From: the human T2T-CHM13v2.0 reference genome, Homo sapiens
Strand: one strand, 5' to 3'
Assembly (NCBI RefSeq): GCF_009914755.1
Contig: NC_060947.1
Length of the DNA stretch: 64,000 nucleotides
In this document: positions 1 to 15,460 of the stretch, one piece after another
How the letters are laid out: every line of letters starts with the position of its first letter
Numbering within the stretch: position 1 is the first letter of the stretch
The notes under the pieces: model-generated
The model's database searches: none
Seen by the model: only the letters and a program-made list of their open reading frames with translations
Told to the model about the DNA's origin: nothing
Made by a program: the position numbers and the translations under genes

Positions 1-1137
1 CTTTATCTGCAGGTGGGAAGGGCTGATTTCCCTGATCTGGGTTTAACACTTTAATTTGAGCATCTGAAAACTCCTTTAACACGGAATCAATCGGTTTCAT
101 AGCTGCCTCATAGATCTCATCTTGATTTATGTCACTGGTTACATTTCAACATGCATCATCTGTGTCTGGTGAGGAAGAAAAATCAATTTGTTAATTATTT
201 CAGAGATAACTTCTTCTAAGAAATTGGCTGACAAAATCCCAGGGTTATTTTCTGGTGGGTTTTGAGAACTGTCTGGTTTACTAGGTTTACTTTTAATCTC
301 TTTATCTTTACTTTTCTCATTCTCTTCCTCAGTTGCAGGAACATTTTGGTTAGCTCAATTTGTTGAAGCAGGCTGCGCAGAATCCTTACCATCCACCTGA
401 GTTACATCTGCTGCATTATCTTCTAGGGTCTTTGGGATTTTGAATCACCTATTTGTCCTTAAAAAGAAGATATTTCTAAATATTGCTGTAAATGCTTTCA
501 GTGACATTTTGGACATGTTCAGAATGTGAGATTTGTTTATCATCTGTAACTCTTTAAGCTGGAGAATCTCTCTTCTTCTCTTGGATCTATTTTTCACCTT
601 GATTTTCAGAGATGGTAGTTTAAGAGGTATGTTCCCTTTTTCTAATGAACTTTCTCTTTTTTATCACTCTTCCTTTTTATCATCTATTTTAATATCTAGT
701 TCCAGTCCAACGTTCTTGTGTTTTGTGTCATTGGTACTCGGTGAAAAATGCTGGTATACCTTCTCATCTAGACCTTTTTCTAGCTGAATTGTCTTTCTTC
801 TTGATTTCATCCTTTGTAAGTGCTATATTCAAATCTGGAAAAGTTGTTGAAATAACTTTTGATACATTTCCACTATCTTCTCTAATTGAACTTCCCCCTT
901 TCTTTTCCTCCTCTTTCTTTTTATCCACCACACCTCCAGCTAACCCTAATGCTAGGGTACTTTGCCGTTCATAATGCTAGTTATATCGGTACATATTGGC
1001 TCATGAATGGTGCCTTTTTTCATTGATGTCTCCTTCTTTTTGAAACCTTCCTTTTAATTAAATACTCATCTACCTATTTCCAAAGTGTCCTTTTTGTTTT
1101 TCAGGCCTGATGTAGATGACTGAACAAATTGGATTCC

Positions 1138-1562
1138 TGATATGGTTTGGATATGTGTCCCTGCCCAAATTTCATATCGAATTGTAATCCCCAGTGTTGG
1201 AGATGGGGCCCGGTGGGAGGTGATTGGATCATAGGGGCGGAGTTCTCATGATTGGTTTAGCACCATCCCTTTGGTGCTCTTCTCGTGATAGAGTTCTTGT
1301 GAGATCTGGTTGTTTAAAAGTGTGTAGCACCCCCCTCCCCCTGCCCCCTTTGCTCCTGCTCCTGCCATATAAGATGCCTGCTCCTGCTTTGCCTTCCGCC
1401 TGAAGGAATGAATAAAAGCTCCCTGAGGCCTCCCCAGAAGCATATGCTGGCACAATGCTGCCTGCACGGCCTGCAGAACCATGGGCCAATTAAATCTCTT
1501 TTCTTTATAAATTACCCAGTCTCACATACTTCTTTATAACAGTGTGAGAATGAACTAATACA
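1138..1562 (+). mobile_element. MST (MaLR) solo LTR, MSTB-like, inserted in the exon
   Basis: TGATATGGTTTGG...AACTAATACA termini; 5-bp TSD attcc/gttcc. Confidence 0.9.
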
Positions 1563-3136
1563 GTTCCCCTTTAAACTTCCATTTATCTTTTTAAAGGTTT
1601 TAAATGGCAGGTGTTGAATTCTTTGGATAATGTTATCCACATCTAGAAATGAAAAGAAGGTGGAAGACCAGTCTCCTGAAAAAAGCAGTTGAATTTTGAA
1701 AGCAGAGATCACCTTTTTGGCTAAAGTAGCAATAAACTCTATAACAATGTTACTTCTGTCATTTCCCCCAATATTGTTAGATCCATATATTTCTACGACT
1801 TCATCATACACGGAATCAGATACTTTATCAACTGTCTGTTTATCCATTGGTGGAAAAGAAAACATTTCTTCAGCATTTATTAGAATTTTAATTTCACTTT
1901 TCCTAAATTATCCCAATCGGGTCATTTGTAAAATTTATAGCATTTCCATGAGGTTTTATTCCAATATTTCTTTGTCCTTAGGATTTTCAGCAATACTTTG
2001 GAGAGTATAAAACTTGCAAACAAGGTCAATTATAACGTCGTCCAGAAATGTAGCAGAATACACAGAAGACTGTGGTAGGGACAGTGCTTTTTCATTAGCA
2101 GGATTCAAGAATTCAATGACATGGTCATTTTCAGGTGAGTCACTGGAAGATGCTTCTTCATCACATAAAAATGTCTGCACATGGTGATCTATAATTTCCT
2201 TCATAATAAAACCAGCTATTCTCCCAAGGAACGAGCCTTCCTTTTTGCATGTATTGTTCTGTGCTTCAGCTTGGAATTTAATTTTTTTCATAATATTGTT
2301 AAGTATGGAATCAACGAAGTTCTCAATTGCCCCCAGTTGCATGCTTTCTGTGTGCTCCTCTGCAGGGACAAATCTAATCTCACGTTCAGAAATTTCTAAT
2401 TTCACCAGTCAGTTCTGAAACTGCATCAACAAACTCATAATTTGGCAGCACCTCTCCCTCTTTTAGTCCAGTTTCAGTCTCAGATAAAGGGAATATACAT
2501 GCTGGAAGCACATAAATCATGTCTTCTAAAAGAGAATGAAGCAAAACAGAGATGCATGAAGGCAAGAGATGGCTATCATCATTGATGATGTTGAGTACAT
2601 TTCTGATGATAGTCTCATCTTGGAGAGTGGAGTAAGAAGACATTAATAATTTTCCTGAAACTAATGACTCTACCTGATAATCATAAATTTCTTCTTATAG
2701 CAAACAATATATTTTTCATCCAAAACCAATGACATCATTTTGTATAGCCCTATATATATGAATCTGAGACATAATCATTTAATATTTTTCAAAAATTAGG
2801 TTGATGACTTTTTTGGACTATTTCTTTATATTCTTCTGAAAAATACAGATTTTTGTCCTACTTATCTGCAAGTAAAATTCGTGATGTGGTGAACTCCAGC
2901 ATAGTTGATTTTACTAATGTTGTAACAATATCAGTAATGTTGGCTTTTGCTTTATGTGGATTTTGGCCACATAAAGATATTATGTGAGAATACATAAAAG
3001 ATTTTGCATAAAAGCCCAGAAATTACTTCCTCCAAAAAGATAGCTGAATTCACGATGAAGGACAATTCTCTTTGTTTAGGATCTCTTGCTCTTTGATTAT
3101 GAGTTTGATCAACAGTATGAAGAAAAAGTTTTATCT

Positions 3137-3298
3137 CCAGATAAAAATGACTGAATATGATGGTTAAATATTTCTTTTATTATATAACTTGCTATTTTTG
3201 TAATAGGTATATTACTTATGCCAGATAAAAATGACTGAATATGATGGTTAAATATTTCTTTTATTATATAACTTGTTATTTTTGTAACAGGTATATTA
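3137..3298. repeat. 84-bp-period tandem duplication (in frame, 28 codons)
   Basis: ccagataaaaatgactgaatatgatgg... starts at 3137 and 3221; the ORF shows TKI(T/A)SYIIKEIFNHHIQSFLSG twice. Confidence 0.95.
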
Positions 3299-3689
3299 TG
3301 TGTTTTTACCTTTTGTAAGAGACTCGTATAGATTTGAATGAGAAATATCACTATAAATGGCATCAACCATAGCCTGAACATCATTTTCTGAAATCACATT
3401 TTGTTTTTCATTTCCATATTTAATAATGCATATTGCATGTTTAGAAATTATTGACATGATTTCATCAATCAATCTCATGACTTACTGAAGTCTCATCATG
3501 AAAGTTCTGGGTCTTCTGTACTGAAGTCCAATAAACTTATCTGAGATAAAACTTGAGTGACTATTTTTTCTGAACGTGTCATGATAATACGGTGGTATAT
3601 ATTGTACACGTCTATCTTCAGAGTATTTATTTACTAATATCATAATGAATTCTCTTTACCAAATCATCAGCATTGAGTTTTGAATATGA

Positions 3690-3979
3690 TTTTTTTTTAA
3701 GACAGGGTCTTCTGTCGCCCTGGCTGGAGTGCAATGGTGCCTTCTCGACTCACCACAGCCTCTGCCTCCTGGACTCAAGCAATCCTCCCACCTCAGCCTC
3801 CCAGACTAGCTGGGACCACAGATGTGCACCGCCATGTCTGGCTAATTTTTGTATTTGTAGTAGAGACAGGTTTTTCGCCATGTTGCCGAGGCTGATCTCG
3901 AACTCCTGGCCTCAAGCAATCCACCCGCCTTGGCCTCCCAAAGTGCTAGGATCGCAGGCGTGAGCCACGGCACCCAGCC
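3690..3979 (-). mobile_element. Alu (AluJ-like) in the exon
   Basis: Poly-T then reverse Alu body; TSD ttgaatat(g/t)at. Confidence 0.9.
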
Positions 3980-5018
3980 TTGAATATTATTTAAAAGGCA
4001 GCTTTGGTATGACATCTGGATGAATTTGGAAATCAGAAACTTCAGCCAGGATAATTTTAGCTACCCTCTCAGCCAATGTCTTTGTGTCATTGAGAAAATC
4101 TTTATCAGGTAGTTGTTCCTGTTCATATCCTTGTAAAACTTTGTTATTTACCACATCAGAAATTTTGACAATTACATATCTACTGGGGGAAAACACAATT
4201 GTCCCTTAGTATTTTCTAGGATGCTAACTTGGACTTTTGAAAATTCTTCTGTTGTCAAATATATTATTACTTCAGCTGTCTCCAAAAGTTCTTTTTTCTG
4301 AATCTCTTACTGATTTTGTTTGTGCAATGCTTAACACTCTATGGAATATTTTGCTTAAAACTCCAGAGATCATGTCTTCCAAGAAGTCTGAGAAGTAAAC
4401 ACCAGTAGAAAAACTGTGGCCTTCTTGCATCATCAAAATATGTATATTATGAAGGAAGTAACAAATTTCCATATACAAATGGATAAAGATGTTGACAGAT
4501 ATTTCTAATGATAAAATCTGCCATTCTGTCAATAGAAACATTGTTACTGCTTGTGATAGCACGTTCAGCTGCTTCCTGAGACCCAGAGTTTTGCAAAATA
4601 TTTCTAAATACTGAATTAACGAGATGCTGAGCATCATCCTCTGAATAAACAGAGTTGGTTTTTCTTCATCTTTTGAAACTCTAATTCCATGTTGGAAACT
4701 TTTCATCTTAATATCACTAATTAGTTTTGGAGAGATTTCATTGAAATTTATTCCTGATCTGGAGTTTCACTGCATGGAAGCAAGCTAGATGCAGAAGAAA
4801 ATATTCTGGATAACAGTACTTTGATTGTGTCTTCTAAAAATGTGTATGGCAATAAGGTGTTATACAGAGATAAATGCTGCCTTGACTTCGTAGATTTACT
4901 AATGGCACTAAAGATATTCTTAATAATATTTTCTGTTGTTAAAGTGGCATAGGAAGCTGACAAATCCCCAGAAAACAGTTGATGAAAAAGATAAACACAA
5001 ATAGCTGCCACAATTAAA

Positions 5019-5124
5019 TTGGTAATATCTTCTGCAAAAAATATCACTGTCTTTTTGGTAATATCTTCTGCAAAAATATCACTGTATTTTTGGTAACATC
5101 TTCTGCAAAAATATCACTGTCTTT
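5019..5124. repeat. Triple tandem repeat, 36/35-bp unit
   Basis: ttggtaatatcttctgcaaaaa(a)tatcactgtcttt at 5019, 5055 and 5090. Confidence 0.95.
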
Positions 5125-6173
5125 GAGTTCTTTACTATCAACCTCAAGGGCCAGCCCATGCTGTTTCAGAACATTCTTATAAGCTGTATTGACAAGTTCA
5201 CCCACAGTGTCTGTATCTACAGTGGGAAAGGATTGCTCTTGGTAATCACAAGGGATGCAAATTTTAGCTTTGTTGAAATTGTTATTTATTGAATTTACTA
5301 TTTTTGGATCATTTTATCCAGTTCATGCTCAGTGTTATAGCTCAGGTTGAAGACCTTTGATAAAAGCCTTACAACAATTTTTCCTACAAATGTATGAGGG
5401 TAAAAACCTATAGCCAGTGGTGATGGGGTTTTCTGGGGTCTGTGTGACTCTGTGACTTCACTGAGAACCTCCTTAACCATATTGGATATTTCATCCAATG
5501 GAGTCTTTGGACAAGGTAAGCCCTCGCCACACAAAAAGGATTGAATGATTTTCAATAATCTTGACTAATAAGACTGGCTGTCCAGTCAATCATAATTTGG
5601 CTTTGGCCTGCTGTAACTTTTCTGTATTGACACAAGAGAGTCAGACATCTGAAAAATATTATCATAAACAGATTCCACTATATTTTGGAGGTCTTTTTCT
5701 ATACATAGATACTAACGACCATATTTAGTGAGCCAAATCTTATGCTTTGAAAATGGCTAACATAACTTTACTTATTATACAGGTGGATTTCTCATTAAAA
5801 TCTGAAGTCATTAAATAGTTCCTTCCCAAGCATGAAGTCTTGCTGTATAGAGAAAGAGTGGAGATAATAGCCTCCTGATGACATCTTCTAAAAATGAGTG
5901 TGATAACATGGTAATGTAGCATGTTGAATGTTGAACTTGGTAAATAAGTTATTTCAGGTTATTCTGAAGTTTCTGCAGTATATTTTCAGCTTTGAGAGAG
6001 TAATATGAATTAGGCATGAGCCTTTCTTCAAAACACAATGGGAGTTGCTAGTCTCAAATCTCTATCAGTATGCCATTAGTTATCTGCTCTGCTACTGGGG
6101 TGATAGTGTGTGCCAGATGATTACCACAAGTCACTTGCAATTTATATTCCCGTAAAGCATCGTTATAAACTGA

Positions 6174-6452
<279 letters not shown>

Positions 6453-7041
6453 TGACTTGAGCATTATTAAACTCATTTACCATGGGGTAAACACCTAATA
6501 TACTCACCTCATTGAACTGGGCCTCAGTGATATTTATATTTTTTTTTGCCCAAAATGAGGTATAGAGATTAAGAAAAATGCCTACAATTATTTCCTCCAA
6601 AAATGTGGCAGAGTAAACTCCTGGGTTCATGCCTTCTAGATGTTGCATGCTATGAATGGCTGCTATATTTATTGCTTTTCTCCTGGTCTTCAAAGAGGAG
6701 GTAGACAAGAGGGTTTTCTTGGAAGTTGCTTACCAAATAGGCTTCTATTTGGAACAGATAGCTCAGATACTATCCAGTGCCCCCTTCAAAGGCTTGCTGT
6801 CATAACTCATGAAACTTATAGAGCCTTTTCCTTATCTTGATTATTTTAATTCTGGCCTTTTTGCTTTTAGGAAATTAGAAAGTCTCCTTCTTTTCCTATA
6901 TGCAAAGAATGCAAAGGATGGACATCTTAGAGGTTGCTGTACGTGGTGTGATTGTTTTTCCATTAAGGATTTTACAAAACTATGGGAATAAAACTAATCA
7001 TATATTCTTGATCGATTCCCTCCAGATTTTCCAAAAGTTCT

Positions 7042-7384
7042 TGTATTAGGTCATTTTTGCATTGCTGTAAAGAAATACCTGAGGCTGAGTAATTTACAAA
7101 TAAAAGAGCTTTAGTTGGCTCATGGTTCGGCAGACAGTACAAGAATGGTGTCAGCATCTGCTTCTGGGGAGGGCCTCAGAATGCTTACAATCATGATGGA
7201 AGGCAAAGGGGGAAAAGGCACTTACACGGGGAGAGCATGAACAAGAGAGAAGGGGAGGTGCCATACACTTTTAACAGATCTTGTGAGAACTCCTTCACTA
7301 ACCTGAGGACAATTCTAAGCTATTCATGAGTGATCCTCCCCCATGATCTAAACACCTCCCACCAGGCCCCACCTCCAAAATTGG
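7042..7384 (-). mobile_element. MST (MaLR) LTR, truncated
   Basis: tgtattaggtcatttttgcattgctgtaaagaaatacctgag...cccaccaggccccacctccaa. Confidence 0.88.
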
Positions 7385-8845
7385 TTCATTGTTTTCCTGT
7401 AATAACCAAATCCTTCTTCCTCTGTATTTTGAAGTACGTTGAACAGTTGACATTCTGCTGACATTTCATCAGAAAGAGGGTTATTTGTAAGAGAGTTGTT
7501 TGTTGCGCATTCTCATAAAAGCATTCTAATAAGTTTCTTGCACACAAATTTCAGATGAAAAACTGATTTGGGGGAAAGCCCTAGATTATTTCTAGGTATG
7601 CAATGACTTTTCTGATTACTTGGAGATGGGAATATTTTCATTGCTATTTTACCAGAATCCATATCCCAATTTGGCCATTCATCTGGCAAAACCAAATCTA
7701 AAACAATATTTACATTTTTATTGACTACTTTAGATTCACAGTTTTTAGGCTACCAACCAGAGTGCCTAAATTACATGCTAGAGAATTTAGTTTATTTTTC
7801 TGCATGAGTTTATCAATTTGGGCAGTAGGAGCTGATTTCCAGTCTCTGGAGCCTGCTTGTCTTTTCATAGTTTTGCTTTTGTTGCAATTGGCCAAATTAG
7901 GGCTTCTAGGCAAAGAAAATGATTTGTTTCTTCCATTGCCATAAGGCTGATGATTTATTCCTATTTCTTTGTACAGAACATGGATGACTCCTATTAAGAG
8001 TTCCCGAAAGAGATCATCAAAGTCACAGTCACAGCCACTCTTGGGCAGTAAATATATTTTGTTTTTACAGAAACCATTTGTTGGGTAATGTCTGCTTTTA
8101 AAATGTCACTATTAAACAGGATTCAAATAATGATTTCAGAAATGCTTAAAGCAAGTTCTCTGATAGAAATTGACTGACTCTCCAACACTTTGTAATAAAC
8201 TAAAATAACCTTGTTAAAAGCTGAATCTTGACTTTCCAGTGCTTTTTGTTTTGACCCACTGTCTTCGGTGCAATCAGACATTCTGGAAATTATATAGGAA
8301 ATAAACAATTCAGTGAGATGTTCATAGAATCAGATAAGGGAAAAATTGATGTTTATGCTTTGTAGAGGCTGTTTTGATTCATATTTTTTCCTTAACAGTG
8401 TGGAAACAATAGATACTTTTTCATTATGAGGACCTTAAAACAGAAAACATTGCTATTTTTTAACATGCATTCAGGAAAAATGTTGATCATTCAAAATACT
8501 GACAACATTTTGTATATGAATTTCACCTTGGGTGCACCTCACTCAAGAAATAGGAAAACCTAGTTGAGAAAGGAACTGGGTTTTCTTCATGTCTCTATTT
8601 CCTATCTATGGAATCCCACTTCAGCAAGGAAGTTAAGAAGGTAGCCCAGCAGAACTCAAATCTCTAAGTGCCGGTTTCTTCCCTGAATAGCTATGTTGCT
8701 TTAAGAAGCTGGAAATCCTAGGGCAGAGAAATAATTTCTAGTTTTAGTGTTGCAGTGCCCTAGTACGATTCTAGTGATCTCTAAAGGCCTCATATAATTC
8801 TTGAAAAAATTTTCACCTATTCAGATAATTATACTATTTAGTATA

Positions 8846-8928
8846 TATTAAATTGAACTGAATGAAATTGCTGATGTTCAACAGTTTTTGACATACAAAA
8901 TGGCTATTTCTTATGGTTCACTCCAATA
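8846..8928. mobile_element. MADE2-like mariner MITE
   Basis: About 80 bp with degenerate terminal inverted repeats tattaaattgaac...ggttcactccaata. Confidence 0.65.
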
Positions 8929-9051
8929 CATGTATGTAAGCATTCATAGAAAGGGAGTGCAAATAGAGTCTTTGTAAGCATGGACTTAAAGTATAACCAC
9001 ATCAAACCAATCTGGTTCAACTTTTATGTATAAAAATGTGAGTTGTTTTTC

Positions 9052-9528
9052 AGTTATCATGGACCCCCCCACCCCCGGTTGAAGGTCACATAACCTGAGC
9101 GTGCCCAGATGAACCACCTGTGCAACCACAGGGGGAACTGAAGTACTTGGACAGAAGAGTGGGGACAGAATTAGAAGTGAACACCACATGGCAGGATCCA
9201 GGATCCAACCAGATTGAGCTATGGCATCACCCCATGGCAGGATCCAGTCAGATCACACCTCCCAGCTCCAACACATTGCAAGATCCGATCATATCAGCTT
9301 CAACACATTGCAAGATCCGATCATATCGCACCTCATTACCCTATGCTTATAACCCCTCCATCCCCACCCTCAGCCCCCAGCTTGGGGAGACAGATTTGCG
9401 CATTTCTTACTACCTCCTTGCCAGTCGACTCAGAATAAAGCTGCTTTTTATTTTTTTCTTAAAAGCCAGGGCCAATGTATTGACCTCTATGTATATTGGG
9501 CAACAAGCCCATTTATTACTAGGTAACA
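9052..9528 (+). mobile_element. ERV1-class solo LTR (subfamily not determined)
   Basis: Internal repeats (atggcaggatcca, caacacattgcaagatccgatcatatc), TATA-like cttataa, AATAAA at 9434, 3' end ggtaaca. Confidence 0.7.
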
Positions 9529-9838
9529 AAAGTATTATAGCTAAAAAGAATTTGTCAGACACCAGAACATGAGCAGAACAAGAAATTTAATGCCACTGTT
9601 CTTATAAACTGTCAATAATAAAGCTAACAACTTAACTATATACTTCAAAAAGAAATTGAATCATTACTTTGCCATCAATTACCTATACATGAGGTCTGAC
9701 TATGATGTAAGAAGTCTTGTAAAGAACCTAAAAAACCCTCTTGTAACTTCTTTTTTGAAATTGCCTTTAGAGCAGTTGTATGTACCACACAAGGAAACTG
9801 ATCTCATCATTTCATATTCACACCTCATACCCAACCTA

Positions 9839-10217
<379 letters not shown>

Positions 10218-11978
10218 TTATGTAAATGCAACACATTTTATTCTTTAGGATGCTGACCAGTTGAAACACACAAAACTATTATAGATAAACAGCCACTCCA
10301 AATACAAGGCTGTTTTCAGAGAAGCAGAAAATACAGCTTCTTGAGGGGAGGGTAAAAACAAAATTCTTAAAATTATCATTGATTTTTCTTCTAAAGTTTT
10401 GCCAACTTTTTATAAATCATCTTTCACTTACCTCTGGTTTCAAAGTTCTTGAAATTTGTGACCGTAGATGTAGTAACATATCTTGCTACTAGATGGATTT
10501 TATTTGGTTCCAGTTCCTGTTCCATAAAAGCAACGACTTGAACCTCTTCAAAAGTTGCAATTTTTTTTTCTAACCTCGGGTACCTGTTTTTCCACTTTTT
10601 CAATAAAGTGAAATCTCCACTTGCTTCAAGTTTGGGTTTTCTTTTTTTCTGGCTTTATAGGTGATTATTTTTCCAAATATTTTAAGCATGTTTTTTGTTC
10701 TTCAGACATCACAGACAAAACCTTTTCCTTTGATACCAAAAAAGTCTTCCTTGTCTCCATACTTTCATTAATGGGTGTGGCTGAACCTGGAAGACCATAA
10801 CTCAGCAACATAGTATTGATGATATTTTCTGCAGCTAAACATATTTTGAGTGGACGAATGTTTGTCTGTATTTGGTTTGAGTGAAGCACTCTTTGATTTT
10901 CACCTCCTTCCATTTCTCTGAAGGACATGGTGTGCTCTAATGCTGATTGTGCAGAGACACCGGATATCTGAGATAGTTTTTGCAAAAGACTGACTTTAGG
11001 GAGATGGCTGTTTCTTCTTATAGCTGGATCAAAATGCATGATGTCTTAGACATCACTTCTACAATATGATGGTTTAAGCTCTAATTCAAGCCTTTCCATT
11101 GCACCAGTGGTTTTAGTTGTATCTCTTGCAGAATATCTGACATATGAAGGTAGATTTGAGGAAGCCCTGTCTTTTCTTTTCATATCTTCCTCTGAATAAA
11201 ACACCAAGCCAGTGATTTGTAGAGGATCATCCTTGCTGATAACTCCTTTTAACTTTGAAGTGGGCATTTCTATTTTGTTTGTGAATTCAGCCCAATTAAC
11301 AGTGTAAGCGTTTTCATTTCCTTGAGGCAGATTTTCCTTTGGATAGTTTTTGATCAATGACTCATAGAAACGAGTACACTGCTCTATAAAAGTTCTGATG
11401 ATCTGATTTGTTACAGTGTTTTTTTCAAATGCACTAATTGAAGATGGTTACACTTGGCATTTTCCTTTGTCTATCTTGTTCTTAATTATACCAATCATGT
11501 AATAGCAGTATTAGTAAGCAATTCTGAATGGAATGAATGAAACTATTGAAGGGCATCCTGTATGTTTTCCTGGGAAATTACGGTATTTGATTTAGATTCA
11601 TCAGGAAACTTATGCAGTGGTTGTAATTTGGGGAATATTTTTTCATTGATGATTTTTGTTGGACAGCAAAAAGTTTTCAATAGGCATTTTCACAATTTCA
11701 GAGAAAGCATCTGTAGTAACATGCTTAAATTGTACGTCTGCAAATGACTCTAAGGTGTTTAGAACTCCCTGGAAGATCTTTTCAGTGATTTGGTGGCTGG
11801 AGTGCAAAAAAAAATGTCTTTTAATGTTGTTTTATAGATTGATACATTGGTGATGTTGTTTGTTCTTACCAGAGCTTGTCTTTTGCTTGAGTTTCTTCAC
11901 TATCTGTTATGAACAGCAAAGTCAAGAAGCATAACTCTAATTTTTCAAACAACATTTCAACAATTTCTTGGCCAACTA

Positions 11979-12222
<244 letters not shown>

Positions 12223-14781
12223 AAAATTATGGTATCTGTTTTTACAAGCCTCAAGAGGTAACAAAGTTAAAAGTGAAAGACTGCTCTAATTTTTTTGCTT
12301 TTAATAAAATTTCATTCAAAACAGTCTCAGCTACCATCAATAGCTTACATTTTTCACTTCCCTTGTCACTTGATTCTGTTTACCATTTATCAAATATTTG
12401 TTGAAAAGTATCTTCTTTAGGAAAAATTTTCTCCAGCTGCAAAGAGACATCCTCCAAAGAAAAACGTGCTTCTGGATTTGCAAGATAGGTTGCACTTAAT
12501 TTCTTCTGTGAAAGTTTGAGGTTATCTGGATGTGAGCCATTTATTGTGTGAGTCAAATTGTTCTTGCTTACATTTAATCCTTGCAAAACTATATCAACTT
12601 CACTTTGCTGTCACAAGTTGATCAGAAGGTAAAGCTTTTACATTTACTATTGTTCTACTTTGTGTCACCATTCGAAATTCATTCACAGTTGTTTCCAGAA
12701 TATTACGTACTCCATCATTGGCATACATTTTTAGTTCCACAGGGGGAAGTTTTGTTTTCACTAAGGGGTTTTTGGCATCCTCTGTTGACAGCAGGTATTG
12801 CAGCCCAATGGCTGTCTAGGACCAGCTGCCTTTTGGAGTCTTCTCTTCAGGACCTACCTTGGTTTTGCTTTTGGCCTTAACACTACTAGGCCCTAGCTGT
12901 GTTTTTCTCCCCCCAAATTAGAGCAAATAAATAGCTTTTGATTTTGTTTCAATTTTTAAAATCTAAAACCTGGTCTAGGGCTACCCTTAGGACCAGCTTT
13001 AGAATGCATGGCCTCAGAGATCACATTTCATCAGACTGACCTTTAGGGAATGAACTCACTTCTAGATTCAGCAAAGCAAAATTTGTGATCTTTTGGAGAA
13101 CACTTTGAACCAATTCCCCCACTTGTAATGGAGAAAATTGCAATAATGTGGTTTCCAATGAAGTGATACTTCTAATGCCTGTGAAAGAATAAGTTGGCAG
13201 CATCATATGTTCAGGGGGAAGACTTTTTTTCCTGCTTATTTAAATCCCCTAAAGCATGACAAATTCATTGGTAATTCATCACTGCCAGATGCTTCTAATT
13301 CTCTCCTGGTCTCATTATTTTCATATAAGGATGTCACAACTATCGAGTACATTTTTCCAAAATTACTTTTGATTGTGTCACTTGCGACACTGCTTATATA
13401 CAACTGCAAGAAGTGTGGGTGTGTGTGTGTGTGCTGTAGTTTTAATGTTAGAATCAGATGTTTTAATTTTAGAATCAGATGTCAAGTGGGAGGGTTCATT
13501 AAAAGGAAGCCAATAGTCTATGTGTTCCATTACCCTTTGATACACCTTCTTTAAAATTTCCTTAACTGCACTTAAGAAAGCAGGTGGTTATTTTTTTTTT
13601 CCTGTCTAGATTATCCATTTCTAAGTATTTCCTCTAAAACCCTTCTCAGGTTTTCTCTTCTGATATAATTTGGTTTTGATATGGGTATTTTGATAAGAAA
13701 GTTCAGTATTGTCTTCTTTCTTTGACCCAGTAATATTTCATTTTGTACAACCAGTTGTGTGAAGAGACTAGGGTTCTGTTTTGAGTAAAAAGTACTTTCC
13801 TTTAAAGATATTTTATCATTCAGACTCTTCAAGATATTGTTTACAGTTTCACTTGCAATGATGTTTTCTTGGAATGAAGTGTTGTTTGATATAAATACAT
13901 CTTTTGGATTTCTAGTTTCTACGTCATTTTAATAAGCATCAAGACAGTCCTTGCAATGACGTCAGCATATTCCTTAAGACTAGCTTGTAATATATGAGTT
14001 GTGGGCCCATGTTTTTCTCTGTAATTATGGATTAAATGTGTAATCCGGGGCCTCTTGACAGAATGTTTTTACCTGTAGATATTTTCAGGCTATTCAAATC
14101 TGATGACATTTGGTTTGATTCAAGAAATACGCTGTCATCTTGTTTACAATTTGTTTACAATTTCTGGGCTAACAAATAATTTTTCCCTAGTCTTAAAATC
14201 AAGAGTAAGTAGCAAATCTATTCTTTCTGTGGCAAAAGATTTTAACCTATTCAAAACAGCTTTAGTAATAAAGTTAGTTAGCACTTTCTGCACATGGGTC
14301 AGGAGCAGATTGTCTGGTGTCTTGTTTCTTAAGCATAGTTGTCTGATTATCATCAGAGTAAGCTGATTTCAGCTGTATATCTGTTCCTTTTCTCAGAAAT
14401 AGAAAGCTCTCCCTTTTCTTATCATTTATTGAGTTCATAACAGGAGGTTGTTGACACTCTGCTTTGGGAAATGCATCAGACAACATCACGGACGATCTTG
14501 CAGAAATAGAATCATTTGCATTTATGCCAAGCATGACAGCAGAACTAAGATTTTGAGGAATGATGTTTACCATATGATTGGAAATCATAGCAACGCATGA
14601 CTTAGGAACTAAAAGTGTTGAAATAGACACATTTGCATACTCAGGAATCATTCCAGAATTTGTTCCTAAGCATGTTATATTTAAGACTAAATGCAGCAAG
14701 TGGGAAATTATTCTTGTCCAGTGTTTTCTCACAAATGTCACTTCAGATACCCACAATGGTATCTAGTATTTGGAACTGGGG

Positions 14782-15083
14782 TTTTGTTTTTTCCTTTCTT
14801 AAGACAGGGTCTTGCTCTGTCACCCAGGCTGGAGTGCAGTGGCATGATCACAGCTATCTGCAGCCTTGAACTCCTGGGCTCAAGTTGAACTCCTGCTTCA
14901 ACTTCCTCAGTAACTAGGACTACAGGCTTACATCATCATGCCTGTCTAATTTAAAAAACTTTTTGTAGAGATGGGGTCTTGCTATGTTGCTCAGGCCAGT
15001 CTTGAACTCCTGACCTCAAGCAATCCTCCTGCCTCAGCCTCCCAAATTGTTGGGATTATAGGCATAAGCCACTGTTCCTGGCC
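14782..15083 (-). mobile_element. AluJ-like element in the exon
   Basis: Reverse Alu with J-type cagccttgaactcctgggctcaag. Confidence 0.88.
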
Positions 15084-15262
15084 TGATGTTTTTTTCGATA
15101 ATCACTTTGAAAAGCGTTTCCACAACATCTTTTAGCCAACCTAGATCAATTTCTCTGTCAGATATGTTTTTTTCATACTTGCCTTTAGCAAATACAACAT
15201 CTAACACTGTAAATCTGACTTGTAATACTTTCTGACACCACAACATTATGGGTTAAGAATTT

Positions 15263-15460
15263 ACAATTTTTCATTCTATACAATGCAAATATAAAAAAGT
15301 TGTTCATATATAAAAATTAATTTTTGTATACTGACCTTGTATTCTGCAACCTTGTTAAACTCATGTATTAATTCCAATAGCTTTTTGTAGATTTCTTAAT
15401 ATTTTCTTCACACATAATCACATTATTGCAAATAAAAACATGCTTTTTTCTTTCTTTCCA
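15263..15460 (-). mobile_element. Old L1M ORF2-derived fragment
   Basis: tttttgtatactgaccttgtattctgcaaccttgttaaactca...ttttgtagatttctt resembles antisense L1M. Confidence 0.5.

Noticed and set aside
5019-5124. 35-36-bp repeats resembling a CRISPR array
   Set aside because: Head-to-tail with no unique spacers, in mammalian DNA with no cas genes; simple tandem duplication.
9120-9572. 150-aa ORF
   Set aside because: Lies almost entirely within an LTR with internal repeats; no recognisable protein similarity.
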